A stretch of DNA of 64,000 bases from a virus (Duplodnaviria; Caudoviricetes). The translations under genes and the position numbers were made by a program. Where the stretch lies: the IMG/VR virus record IMGVR_UViG_3300050500_000423, positions 1 to 64,000 of that record. The stretch is one strand, 5' to 3'. Below are positions 28,332 to 37,617 of this stretch, piece by piece (within the stretch, counting starts at the first letter, position 1; the number at the start of each line of letters is the position of its first letter). The notes beneath the pieces are model-generated. The model made no database searches. It was not told the origin of the DNA and worked only from the letters and a program-made list of their open reading frames with translations.

Positions 28332-29722
28332 GAGACGCCCTCCTCGTTCGTGGCGACACGCGGGCGCTCCCGCTCGCGGACAACTCCGTGGACCTCATCG
28401 TTACGTCCCCGCCGTACTACGCGCAGCGGTCGTACCGCGACGGCGAAGAGCACTACGACGGCCAGGTCGGAGACGAACCTTCCCCCGGCGAGTACGTCGA
28501 GGCGCTTCTCGGGATCGCGCACGAGTGGTGGCGGGTACTCCGGCCGTCGGGGAACTGCTTCGTGAACCTCGGGGATAAGCGGGAGAACGCGGGTGGGCAC
28601 CGTCGCGGGACCCCCGGCGTGAGCGCGCGCGAGGGCCGAGCTTCCGCCGAGGAGTGGGTAGACCGCTCGACCCGCCGGACCGGCTTCGTACGTCTCAAGT
28701 CGAAGATGCTGCTCCCGCACCGCTTCGCGATCGGCTGCGCTGACGGCGACGGCGACCCCGACGGGGTCGGCTGGCTCGTCCGACAGGACATCGTCTGGGA
28801 CAAGCAGAACCCGATGCCCGAGAGCGTCCGAGACCGAGCCCGGGATTCGCACGAATACTGGTTCCACCTCGCGAAGGGCGGCGACCATTACTCCGCCGTC
28901 GACGAAGTCCGCGAGCCGCACGTCTACCCCGACGACCTCACCCGGCATCTCCGAGGCACCCGCAACCGCGACCCCGACGGGTCCCCCGCCGGCGGGTCGA
29001 CTACGAGCCTCAACCCGCTCGGTCGCGCGCCCGGGTCCGTCTGGCGGCTCCCCTCCGAGCCGCTCATCGTCCCCGAGTGGCTCAAGGCGGAGACCCCCGG
29101 CGTCGAGCACTACGCGACGTTCCCGTCCGAGTGGCCGCGTCGTCTAATCCTCGGCTGGTCCCCGCCGGGTATCTGCCTCGAGTGCGGCCAGGGACGCGAG
29201 CCGATCGTCGAGAAGCGCCTTGAGCTAGACCACGTCCAGGGACGGAACAACGGCGGCGGCCGCCGCGACCTCGGAGAGCCGGAGGGGAACGAGCGCGGCA
29301 TGAACGGCGAGCATCCGAACGGCTCGACCGTCGCGACGATCGTCGGCTACTCGTGCGCCTGCACCCCGTACACCGACTATCCCGAACGTCGCCGCGGACG
29401 ACAGGAAGGCACCGCGAGCGACGAACGCGCGACGGGCGGCACGCGCCTCGACCCCGACCAGGACTGGCCGGAGCGTCTCCCCGTCCGCGAATACCACCTC
29501 GACGGCTGGACCCCGCCGCCTACCAGGCCGGCGGTTGTCCTCGACCCGTTCGGCGGGTCCGGTACTACCGCGATGTGCGCCCGCGCGCTCGGCCGCGTCG
29601 GGATCTCGCTCGACCTCTCAGCGAGCTACCTCCGCCTCGCGGAGTGGCGAGTGTTCGAGTCGGGCGGCGCAGCGAAGGTCGCCGCGCGCACGGAACGCTC
29701 CCGGCAGGTCTCCCTCTTCTGA
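28328..29722 (+). CDS. DNA N4-cytosine/N6-adenine methyltransferase (beta arrangement)
   Basis: VDLIVTSPPY, VNLGD, HYATFP, VLDPFGGSGTT. Confidence 0.9.
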   Translation: MRDALLVRGDTRALPLADNSVDLIVTSPPYYAQRSYRDGEEHYDGQVGDEPSPGEYVEALLGIAHEWWRVLRPSGNCFVNLGDKRENAGGHRRGTPGVSAREGRASAEEWVDRSTRRTGFVRLKSKMLLPHRFAIGCADGDGDPDGVGWLVRQDIVWDKQNPMPESVRDRARDSHEYWFHLAKGGDHYSAVDEVREPHVYPDDLTRHLRGTRNRDPDGSPAGGSTTSLNPLGRAPGSVWRLPSEPLIVPEWLKAETPGVEHYATFPSEWPRRLILGWSPPGICLECGQGREPIVEKRLELDHVQGRNNGGGRRDLGEPEGNERGMNGEHPNGSTVATIVGYSCACTPYTDYPERRRGRQEGTASDERATGGTRLDPDQDWPERLPVREYHLDGWTPPPTRPAVVLDPFGGSGTTAMCARALGRVGISLDLSASYLRLAEWRVFESGGAAKVAARTERSRQVSLF

Positions 29723-30228
29723 TGAAACCGGAACCGCTCCCGCAGGCGTTGGTACTCCCCGGGATCGACGACGACACGGTGTGGCAGGTCCGCACGAAGT
29801 TCGACCGTGCGGCGGTCCGCCTCGCGAATCGGCACTACTCGCGAGAGCGACGAGGTTCCGACCAAGTCGCACCGCCCGCACCCAACCTCGTGTTCGTCAC
29901 ACCTTGCGAACGTGCTGTCTGGATCACCGTTCGACATCGACCGGAAGCATCATCGGCACGAGCTACGGCAGACGGACTCGACGCGTGGCGCTGCTCGATG
30001 TTCCGCAACGAAGGAGCAGGGCGCGCGTCCGATCTCATCGTCGCAGCGATGAACCTCACAGCGCGACTCTGGGGTGACGACCTACCGCCGGATGGCTGGG
30101 CGACGTACGTCGAACCCGGCAAGGTCGCATCTGCGAATCCTGGCTACTGCTTCAAGAGCGCCGGGTGGTGGCTCGACCGAACCTTTGAGCATCGGCGGCT
30201 GGTGCGACTCCGTGCTGATATCGCATGA
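29722..30228 (+). CDS. Putative Mom-like GNAT-fold DNA modification protein
   Basis: ANRHYSR...WRCSMFRNE...TYVEPGKV.S.NPGYCFKSAGW; sits directly after three methyltransferases. Confidence 0.48.
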   Translation: MKPEPLPQALVLPGIDDDTVWQVRTKFDRAAVRLANRHYSRERRGSDQVAPPAPNLVFVTPCERAVWITVRHRPEASSARATADGLDAWRCSMFRNEGAGRASDLIVAAMNLTARLWGDDLPPDGWATYVEPGKVASANPGYCFKSAGWWLDRTFEHRRLVRLRADIA

Positions 30229-30689
30229 GCCTCGAACGGAAGAAACCGCTCCGAGCGAACCCGGAGACGACGAAGGCGTGGCAGCGTCGCTCGCAGGACG
30301 CCGCGCGCGAGCGAGCTCGGGAGCAGCCCCGGTCTGTGGTTGCCGCGGCAGCAGCGGCGAAGTCGCGCGCGCGGAAACCGCCGCCCGATCCAGTCCCCGA
30401 CGCGGTGAAGGCAGAGGTCGATGCTCGCTCCGGCGGACGGTGCGAGGTCCGCCTCGAGGGCTGCGGCGACCGGTACGGGTACCAGCGTCACCACCGCTTG
30501 AAGCGCCGCTCGGGTATTCATACGGCAGCGAACCTCGTTGGGGTCTGCGCGAACTGCCACACCGGGTCACCCGCCGCGATCCACCGGAACGTCGCATGGT
30601 CCGAGACGGTCGGTCTCCTGATTCGCAGCACCGACCCGGCACCGACCGAGGCATGGGAACGGCCGCAGGACTTCCCACCCGGGTACTAG
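30225..30689 (+). CDS. HNH endonuclease-like protein
   Basis: RCEVRLEGC...HHRLKRRSG...NLVGVCANCH. Confidence 0.72.
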   Translation: MSLERKKPLRANPETTKAWQRRSQDAARERAREQPRSVVAAAAAAKSRARKPPPDPVPDAVKAEVDARSGGRCEVRLEGCGDRYGYQRHHRLKRRSGIHTAANLVGVCANCHTGSPAAIHRNVAWSETVGLLIRSTDPAPTEAWERPQDFPPGY

Positions 30690-30728
30690 CAACCCACCGC
30701 ACCGTCCTGTATAGTTCGCGTATCCAGT
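30687..30728 (+). promoter_or_regulatory. Repeated promoter motif, copy 4
   Basis: TAGCAA-N17-TATAGT TCGCGTATCCAGT; near-identical to copy 3. Confidence 0.72.
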
Positions 30729-30758
30729 ACGGCGAACGACTCGACGGAGGCACACGAG

Positions 30759-31022
30759 ATGAGCGACCCGACCACGATCGACCGGCACGTACTCCCCGGC
30801 TTCGGACTCCCCTACGCCGCGAGCGACATCGACCCCGACGACGGCCGCTACTTCGTCCGTTGCCCCGTCTGCGGCGAGACGTGCTTCGCTCCCGACGACG
30901 CACGCACCGAGGACGACATCACGAAGGGCGCGACGACCGCGTACGCCGAGCACTTCGACCTCTTCGCCCGCGCCGACACGATGGCTGTCGCGATCCTCGA
31001 CCGGATCGGCTCAGACCGATGA
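30759..31022 (+). CDS. hypothetical protein
   Basis: RBS GGAGG behind the promoter; CPVC. Confidence 0.6.
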   Translation: MSDPTTIDRHVLPGFGLPYAASDIDPDDGRYFVRCPVCGETCFAPDDARTEDDITKGATTAYAEHFDLFARADTMAVAILDRIGSDR

Positions 31023-31579
31023 CCAACGAGCCGCTCGTCGCGACCGACGAGACGATCCTCGACTACTCGGGCTGGTCGTGGAAGTACGCGAACACACCGC
31101 GAGCGGAGCGCCCCGATCCGATCGAGGACTTGTTCGCGATGCTCGCAGAACACCCACTTGACCGTCGGTTCGCGGCGTACGGCAACTTCCGCAGCGGACC
31201 GTACGAGGCACGAGACCTGCTCCGCTCTGACGACGACCGACGCCCCGACGAGCGCGTCGAGGCTGCCGTCGGGAAACTCCACTACCACGGGAACTTCCAC
31301 ACGTACTCGTACGCCTTCTCGCTGTGGACGACCGACCCGGCATTGATCGAACGTCTCGACGCGGCGATCGCGGTGAACATCCGCCGCGATGACTACCTCG
31401 ACCAGCACGACCCGGTCCCCGCCGCGATGCAGGCACTCCGCCGCGAGACCGAGACGCTCAAGCGCGAGGTCGAGTCCTACCGACGTGATCTCGCGGAGGC
31501 GGGGATCACCCGAACGGACCCGGGCACATCGTCGTCTGCCCCGGTGGAGGTACCGGATGAGCACCCTCTCCCGCGCTGA
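31019..31579 (+). CDS. hypothetical protein
   Basis: ATGA overlap. Confidence 0.6.
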   Translation: MTNEPLVATDETILDYSGWSWKYANTPRAERPDPIEDLFAMLAEHPLDRRFAAYGNFRSGPYEARDLLRSDDDRRPDERVEAAVGKLHYHGNFHTYSYAFSLWTTDPALIERLDAAIAVNIRRDDYLDQHDPVPAAMQALRRETETLKREVESYRRDLAEAGITRTDPGTSSSAPVEVPDEHPLPR

Positions 31580-31868
31580 ACTCGAGCACATCTCCGACGA
31601 GTGGCAGGAGGACTACCCGAGCTTCATGGACGCCGTGTTCGCTGTCCTCGACCGGAAGGACGACGAGGGATTCCACCCGCAGTACGACGCGCTGGTCTAC
31701 ATCGACGTGGACGAGTTCGACGCGGCGAAGGCGCTCGTGGAGGACATGGTCGCGTTCGCGAACGCGTCCGGCAGTGAACTCGTGGCGGTCGCCTACGTCG
31801 ACAGCCACGACGACAAGGACGCGACCGCCGAGGACCCCCCGGAGGGGCTCGAGGAGCGGGTCTCGTGA
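31557..31868 (+). CDS. acidic hypothetical protein
   Basis: RBS GGAGG. Confidence 0.55.
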   Translation: MSTLSRAELEHISDEWQEDYPSFMDAVFAVLDRKDDEGFHPQYDALVYIDVDEFDAAKALVEDMVAFANASGSELVAVAYVDSHDDKDATAEDPPEGLEERVS

Positions 31869-32026
31869 AGCCGGGTTGGCTGATCGTTGGGGTCATGGTC
31901 AAGGACGACGCCGACGTTGAGCACGTCGCGTCCGGCCTCTTCGACTTCCTCGCGTCTGATCCCGACGATCGGTTCCCCGACATCGTGACCGTGGACAGCT
32001 ACGAGGGACGGGAGATCGAGCCGTGA
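31865..32026 (+). CDS. small hypothetical protein (not in the ORF track)
   Basis: MKPGWLIVGVMVKDDADVEHVASGLFDFLASDPDDRFPDIVTVDSYEGREIEP. Confidence 0.5.
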   Translation: MKPGWLIVGVMVKDDADVEHVASGLFDFLASDPDDRFPDIVTVDSYEGREIEP

Positions 32027-32199
32027 CGTGCGAGTGCTGCGGCCGCCGGATCGTTCCGTGCCCGTACCCATCTTGCGGGATGGGCTACGTCCACGAGGTA
32101 CCCGTCGGCCCGAACGACCACTACTGCGACAACCCTCCGCAGCACGGAACGAATCCGCCACGGTTCGCGATACCAGCTCGCGTCGAGGTCTCACGGTGA
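32023..32199 (+). CDS. small Cys-rich protein (not in the ORF track)
   Basis: MTCECCGRRIVPCPYPSCGMGYVH...HYC; GTGA overlaps. Confidence 0.45.
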   Translation: MTCECCGRRIVPCPYPSCGMGYVHEVPVGPNDHYCDNPPQHGTNPPRFAIPARVEVSR

Positions 32200-32369
32200 G
32201 GACTTGTCGCCGTTGCGGACACCCCGAGTACCGCCACCGGTCGAACCTTCTCGTCGGCAGCACGAAGGTCGGGGACGCCGTCCCGTGCTGGCATCCCGCC
32301 GAAGGTTCGTCCGTCGAGGACCGGGTCTACTGCGGCTGCACGGCCGACCCCGGTCCGATCAAGGTCTAG
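32196..32369 (+). CDS. Stand-alone CxxCGH...H...C...CGC zinc module
   Basis: MRTCRRCGHPEYRH...PCWH...YCGCT. Confidence 0.5.
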   Translation: MRTCRRCGHPEYRHRSNLLVGSTKVGDAVPCWHPAEGSSVEDRVYCGCTADPGPIKV

Positions 32370-32380
32370 GAGGACCCGAA

Positions 32381-32818
32381 GTGCCGACCACCACCCCAAG
32401 CGACACCCGCGAGGAGTTCTACCGGTTCGTCTGGGACAACCTCGGCCGCCATCTTCTCGTCACGTACGAGGTCCGCGGGGTCGAGGTCACCCGAGAGGGG
32501 CACGCCGTCGTCCACGGGAGCGGCGCCTACCACATCGGTGACGCGCTTCTCGTCCCGAACTCGTCGGAGGAAGGACTCCCGATCCAGTGGGCGGTGTGCT
32601 CGAGCACCGACCCGACAGACCATCAGGGCGGCACCTGCCCGATCCACGAGGAAGCGAGCAGCTCGGAAGCCGTCGCGGCGGCGGACGACCGCGCGCTCGA
32701 CGTGATCGCGGAGGCGCTGAACTCCGGTGCCCCTTGGTGGGCACCGGGAACTGCCCCGGGAACACTCCGGACGATCGTGGGTGCCGTCCGCTCGACAGGA
32801 AGGTTCGTCCGGTGGTGA
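32381..32818 (+). CDS. hypothetical protein
   Basis: RBS GGAGG before GTG. Confidence 0.55.
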   Translation: MPTTTPSDTREEFYRFVWDNLGRHLLVTYEVRGVEVTREGHAVVHGSGAYHIGDALLVPNSSEEGLPIQWAVCSSTDPTDHQGGTCPIHEEASSSEAVAAADDRALDVIAEALNSGAPWWAPGTAPGTLRTIVGAVRSTGRFVRW

Positions 32819-32918
32819 ACGCGTCGGCGCTCTGGGGGCGTCTCTGGCCGTGGCTGGCGGTCGTTGCTGTCCCCGTCGGGTTCGCTGTCCTGAACGGACT
32901 CATTGAGGGCATCAGCGG

Positions 32919-33188
32919 GTGAGGATGCTCGGCTACGCCGCCGTCGGTCTGATCCTCGCCGTTGCCGCGTTCGTCGTGGTCCGCTGGTGGTCCGTCCGAC
33001 GCGAGAGCTCGGCGCTCACGCCGGGGGAACGCGTCCTCGTTCACCGGGTGACGTGGGAGACCTCCGCCTCCGGCCGGATGGTCTGGGTCTGCTGCCACTC
33101 CTGCGGATGGCGGGCCGGCGAACCAGCGACCGATGAGGACCGGCTCGGAACCGCGCTCGTCGCGCATCTCCAACGAGGGTCCCGATGA
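32919..33188 (+). CDS. hypothetical membrane-anchored protein
   Basis: N-terminal TM; CHSC. Confidence 0.48.
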   Translation: MRMLGYAAVGLILAVAAFVVVRWWSVRRESSALTPGERVLVHRVTWETSASGRMVWVCCHSCGWRAGEPATDEDRLGTALVAHLQRGSR

Positions 33189-33421
33189 GGCCGTCACCGG
33201 ACCTTGGTCCCGCCCTGGTGATCTTCGCTCTCGGTGGCGGATGGGGGATCGTCCTCGCCGTCTACTGCCTCCGCCCGCGGCGAGGTCTCCGCGCGGGGCC
33301 GGTCATCGTGCCCGAGCACGACCCGATCGCAGAGCCACGCCATTCCGGTGTCGGCTCCCCGTTCACTCTCTCAGGAAAGGAACCGGCATGGACGCCCGAT
33401 ACACGGCCCGCGGCATCGTGA
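33185..33421 (+). CDS. hypothetical membrane protein
   Basis: Hydrophobic N-terminal stretch. Confidence 0.4.
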   Translation: MRPSPDLGPALVIFALGGGWGIVLAVYCLRPRRGLRAGPVIVPEHDPIAEPRHSGVGSPFTLSGKEPAWTPDTRPAAS

Positions 33422-33582
33422 CGAAGGTCGAACTCCTCGCATCGCCCGAGGCGCGCTGCCGGGTGACCGTCGTCATGGACGGCCACGAGTTCACCGGACC
33501 GTGGGGTCTCGCGGACCCGCCGCAGGTAGGCGACACAGCGGGGATTCAGACCATGACGCCGACCGCGCCGGAGGTCCGCTGA
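33388..33582 (+). CDS. small hypothetical protein
   Basis: RBS AAGGA; TGATG overlap downstream. Confidence 0.48.
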   Translation: MDARYTARGIVTKVELLASPEARCRVTVVMDGHEFTGPWGLADPPQVGDTAGIQTMTPTAPEVR

Positions 33583-35366
33583 TGCCCCTCGACGTGTTCG
33601 ACGGAGTCGAACTCCCGGAGGACTTCGTAACGCAGTCCGCCGGGATCGTCGCGCGTCGCGGTGCGGGCAAGACGTACACGGCGCTCAAGCTCACGGAGGA
33701 ACTCGTCCGAGCGTCGCTGCCTGTCGCTGTCCTCGACCCCCTCGGCGTCTGCTACGGACTCCGCACGAGCGCCGACGGGAAGTCCGCCGGCCTCCCCGTA
33801 ACGATCCTCGGCGGCGACTTCGGAGACCTGCCGCTCGAGCCGACCGACGGCGCTGTCGTCGCCCGGTTCATCGTGGAGCACCCGGGCGCCTACGTCCTCG
33901 ACCTCTCCGGACCCGGGTTCGATTCACTCCGCTCACAGGACCGATTCGCGGAGGACTTCATGGTCGCCCTCTACCGGGCGAAGAACAGCGACCGGACGCC
34001 GCTGCACCTCGTGATGGACGAGGCCGACTCGTTCGCCCCGCAGCGCCCCGGCGAGGATCAGAAGCGCATGCTCGGCGCGGCGGAGGCGATCGTCCGCCGC
34101 GGCCGATCCCGTGGTCTCGGCGTGACGTTGATCACGCAGCGACCGGCCGTGATCAACAAGAACGTCCTCTCACAGGTCGAGCTTCTCGTCGCGTTGCAAG
34201 TCACGGCTCCGCAGGACCGGAAGGCGCTCGAGGAGTGGGCGAAGGGGTTCTCCGAGAAGCCCGACCGCGATCGGTTCCTCGACGGACTCGCCCGGTTGAA
34301 GGTCGGGGAGGCGTGGCTGTGGTCGCCGGCGTGGCTCGGAATCTTCCAGCAGGTCATGGTGAAGCGACGAGTGACGTTCGACTCGTCCTCAACACCGAAG
34401 GCCGGCGAGACGCGCACGATCCCACGAGTGCTCGCTCCGGTCGACCTCGATGCCCTCAAGGCGGAGATGGAGGCGTCGATCGAGAAGGCGAAGGCGGAGG
34501 ACCCGAAGGTTCTTGCCGCGACGATCCGCGAGCAGGCGAAACGCATCCGGGAACTCGAGGCGGTGTCCCCGACCCCTGATGTCGTTGAGGCTGTCGTAGA
34601 GGTCCCTGTCGTCCCGCCTGAGCTCGTCGCGGCGCTTGACTCGTACCGAGGGCTGCATGAGCGGCTGATCCAGACGACCGGCGCTCTCGTGGACGAGATG
34701 GCACCGGTCACGGCGGCCGTCGAGAAGGCGCTCCTCGAGTGCGAGGTCGGGTCGCCGGCCACGAAGGCGAAGCTCCCCGCCGCGCGCCCGATCGCGCGGA
34801 CGGGTACTCCCGCCCCCGCTCCGGCTCCTCGCCCCGCGCGCCCTGCCGCGCGGTCGACTCGGGATTCCCCGGTCGAGAATCCTGAGTCGACCCCGACGTT
34901 CGGACCCGACTCCGCGCCGGCGCGCATCCTCGCCGCCCTCGCGAAGTTCCCCGACGGCCGGACCCGCCGACAGCTCGCCGCGCTGACCGGCCTCGCTGCC
35001 CGGAAGAGCACCATCCGGAACGCTCTCTCGACCCTCCGAGTCGCGGGGCTGATCGAGGAGCAGGGCGACCTCATCCGACTCACGGACGCGGGAGTCGACG
35101 CGGCAGGCGGTGTCGACCCACTCCCGACCGGGCCGGCGCTTCTCGACCACTGGCGCTCCGAGGTCGGCGGTGCCGACTCCGCACCCCGCCGCATCTTCGA
35201 CCTCCTCGTCGACCGCTGGCCCGAGACGCTCTCCCGCGCCGACATCACCGACCAGACCGGCTACGACGGGTCGACGCTCCGGAACGCCCTGTCGAAGTTG
35301 CGGAGCTACGACCTGATCACGGGCGACGTGCGAGCGTCTGACGAACTCATGGAGGCTGTCGGCTGA
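33582..35366 (+). CDS. HerA/FtsK-like ATPase with two C-terminal winged-helix repeats
   Basis: ARRGAGKT, VLDPLG, LVMDEAD, RRGRSRGLG...ITQRP; repeats DSAPARIL...IRNALSTLR / DSAPRRIF...LRNALSKLR. Confidence 0.8.
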   Translation: MPLDVFDGVELPEDFVTQSAGIVARRGAGKTYTALKLTEELVRASLPVAVLDPLGVCYGLRTSADGKSAGLPVTILGGDFGDLPLEPTDGAVVARFIVEHPGAYVLDLSGPGFDSLRSQDRFAEDFMVALYRAKNSDRTPLHLVMDEADSFAPQRPGEDQKRMLGAAEAIVRRGRSRGLGVTLITQRPAVINKNVLSQVELLVALQVTAPQDRKALEEWAKGFSEKPDRDRFLDGLARLKVGEAWLWSPAWLGIFQQVMVKRRVTFDSSSTPKAGETRTIPRVLAPVDLDALKAEMEASIEKAKAEDPKVLAATIREQAKRIRELEAVSPTPDVVEAVVEVPVVPPELVAALDSYRGLHERLIQTTGALVDEMAPVTAAVEKALLECEVGSPATKAKLPAARPIARTGTPAPAPAPRPARPAARSTRDSPVENPESTPTFGPDSAPARILAALAKFPDGRTRRQLAALTGLAARKSTIRNALSTLRVAGLIEEQGDLIRLTDAGVDAAGGVDPLPTGPALLDHWRSEVGGADSAPRRIFDLLVDRWPETLSRADITDQTGYDGSTLRNALSKLRSYDLITGDVRASDELMEAVG

Positions 35367-35569
35367 TGGAGCGGAAGGGCTTCACCTGCGACGGCGGCTG
35401 CGGCGCGACGCTCGTCATCGCACCGCACGAGTCGCTCGCGACGTTCGGCTGGTGGACGACGTACACGGGCGATGGTTCCCCGACGGTCCATGCCTGCTCG
35501 TTCGACTGCCTTCTCTCGGTCCTTCATCGCCGCGCCGAGCGTGTCCTCCCCGAAGGAACCAAGCCATGA
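35366..35569 (+). CDS. small zinc-binding hypothetical protein
   Basis: CDGGC...HACSFDC. Confidence 0.5.
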   Translation: MERKGFTCDGGCGATLVIAPHESLATFGWWTTYTGDGSPTVHACSFDCLLSVLHRRAERVLPEGTKP

Positions 35570-35583
35570 CCAACGAGCGCATC

Positions 35584-35965
35584 GACGGTCTACGTGTTCC
35601 GAAGTTCGCGGTTCGGCACGTTTCTGGTCGCGGCTCCGTGATTTCTCATGGAGGCTGCGTTCCGCACAGATTCGTCATCTTCACCGCGCGGACCCGTTAC
35701 AGGAGTAGGGCTATAGGGGATCGGGATTCGTGCCTCGGTGAACGGGCTTCCCGTTTCGGAGTCCCGTCCAAAAAGTGGTTCCCGAGAGGCGGTTTCTCCA
35801 GGCGCTCTCGGAGAATCGTTTTCGGGCGACCTTCCCGATCACCGATCCCCTATAGCCCTACTCCTGTAACGGGTCCGCGCGGTGAAGATGACGAATCCAC
35901 GCGAATCGCGGCCTCGATGAGAAATCATCTGGCCGCAGGCGATTTCGTGCGGATTCCGCAACTAG
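35584..35965. repeat. Long-hairpin non-coding element, copy A
   Basis: Perfect 56-bp inverted repeat 35669-35724/35842-35897; outer arms TGATTTCTCAT/ATGAGAAATCA; homologous to 47788-48169. Confidence 0.88.
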
Positions 35966-35981
35966 AGGAGGTAGAAGCACG

Positions 35982-36329
35982 ATGAGACGACTACTACTCG
36001 CGGTGCTGCTACTCGTAGCCGTGATGGCGCCGAACGCTGTTCACGCGGAGGAGTTCGATCCGTCAGCGGAGTGCGAAGCGGGTCACCACGTCCACGGGTT
36101 CTGCGGCGGCGACGGTGATGACGGGCAGGAGGACGTGATCGAAGCCGTCCGGCGCTGCCTCGAGGACGGGTCGTGTGGGCAGCCACTCGACCCGAATGCC
36201 CCGCGACTCCCGATCGGCTACGCCGACGACGGCAGCCCGATCTATCCGCCCGCTCCCGACACGGCCGAACCGGACGCTCCGCCGCGTTCGTCCGGGCCGG
36301 CTGGTCCGACACCGAGGTTCACGGGCTGA
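35982..36329 (+). CDS. secreted hypothetical protein
   Basis: RBS GAGGAGG; signal peptide MRRLLLAVLLLVAVMAPNAVHA. Confidence 0.6.
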   Translation: MRRLLLAVLLLVAVMAPNAVHAEEFDPSAECEAGHHVHGFCGGDGDDGQEDVIEAVRRCLEDGSCGQPLDPNAPRLPIGYADDGSPIYPPAPDTAEPDAPPRSSGPAGPTPRFTG

Positions 36330-36934
36330 TGGACGAGTCGAGGTCCGGCATGTATCTCGGTGCGGTCGTCGTCAGCCGCGAGGATCAGCAACGCGGCCAA
36401 GTCGTCTACTGGAAGGGGTACGGCAACCGGGCCGTGCGTATCTTCGCGGACGACGAGTACAGCGTGAAGCTCGGCCCGGGTACCTACCGTGCTGGCACCA
36501 ACGTCGGCGGGTGGGATCTCGTCCCATCGCCGGAGTGGACCGCTCAGGAGCGGGTGCAGTACGTCGCCTTGACGCATCCGGAGGGCGACACGGGGAACGA
36601 GAACGACGAACTCGGGTTCCATCTCGTCGCTGCCCTGTTCGACCCGCAGACCTACGAGGCCGTCCTCGGAGACGACGCCGCAGCGTGGCCCGTGTCCTAT
36701 CACGAGCTCGTCGCCCGAGTGGCTGAATGGATCGACGGTGAACTCGGTCCGGTACTCAGCCTCGCCCGGGAATGGGTGGCGTTGCTCCGGGAGACAGACG
36801 CCCTCCGCTCCGACGACACGACGCCAAGCGACGAGTACGCGGCACGCGCAGGCACCCTCGCCGTTCGCGAGCGCGCCTTGCGCTCCCGGTTCCTCGAGGC
36901 GTTCCCGGACACCGACACAGAGGAGGAACAGTGA
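36329..36934 (+). CDS. hypothetical protein
   Basis: TGATG overlap. Confidence 0.55.
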   Translation: MDESRSGMYLGAVVVSREDQQRGQVVYWKGYGNRAVRIFADDEYSVKLGPGTYRAGTNVGGWDLVPSPEWTAQERVQYVALTHPEGDTGNENDELGFHLVAALFDPQTYEAVLGDDAAAWPVSYHELVARVAEWIDGELGPVLSLAREWVALLRETDALRSDDTTPSDEYAARAGTLAVRERALRSRFLEAFPDTDTEEEQ

Positions 36935-37137
36935 GCGACGAGCGTTCGTACGATGCCGCGGACACCGTGCGAGCTATGACGGGAACGGACTGGACAACCG
37001 CGGCAATCGACGACGCCGCGCGTCGGTGTGGATGGCCGAAGGTATCCCCGCACCCGTTCTTGGTTGCCGAGCTACTCGATAGCGACGGAACCACGGAGGG
37101 CCGAGTCAACGCCCGTTCTGGTGGGGAGGAACAGTGA
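36931..37137 (+). CDS. hypothetical protein
   Basis: RBS GAGGAG. Confidence 0.48.
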   Translation: MSDERSYDAADTVRAMTGTDWTTAAIDDAARRCGWPKVSPHPFLVAELLDSDGTTEGRVNARSGGEEQ

Positions 37138-37343
37138 GCGACGAACCACGCTCAACTCGCGGTCGCCGTCGCGTGCGACGAGCTGAGGCACGCGAGGCCG
37201 CGTTGGAGGCTGAGGTTCAGGTACTCCGCGCCGCGCTGACGGAGATCGTCGCGTGGTGCGACGAGGGCGGAGAGCCGGTGTGTGCGTGGCCCGCCGAACG
37301 TGCTCGTGCCGCGCTTTCTGGTGGGGAACCCACCAATGGGTGA
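37134..37343 (+). CDS. hypothetical protein
   Basis: RBS GGAGG. Confidence 0.48.
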   Translation: MSDEPRSTRGRRRVRRAEAREAALEAEVQVLRAALTEIVAWCDEGGEPVCAWPAERARAALSGGEPTNG

Positions 37344-37617
37344 GCGACTCCGCACGCTGCTGTTCGAGCCTGGTCAGGGGTGGCTCCGATGGGGCTATGA
37401 CTCCCGGGACGACTACCGCTCCTACGACGAGCCGCCGGAGCGGTACCGGGTTGCTCCGCCGGCGCGTCGGCTCGCGCTGTACGTGACGGCGTGGCTTGTG
37501 GTGCCGTGGCTCATGGTCGTCGGCGTGCGGCCGGGACCGGGCGAGCGTCGCTATCGCTACTCGTGGGAGGAAGTTCGCCCGGAATGGCCGAGCTACTTGA
37601 AGGACGAGGACCGGTGA
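37336..37617 (+). CDS. hypothetical protein
   Basis: In-operon ORF. Confidence 0.48.
   Translation: MGERLRTLLFEPGQGWLRWGYDSRDDYRSYDEPPERYRVAPPARRLALYVTAWLVVPWLMVVGVRPGPGERRYRYSWEEVRPEWPSYLKDEDR

Noticed and set aside
35452-35985. 177-aa ORF across hairpin element A, and the similar ORFs 47842-48207(+) and 47794-48165(-)
   Set aside because: They span the inverted repeats, have atypical composition, and their frames are not preserved between the two copies.
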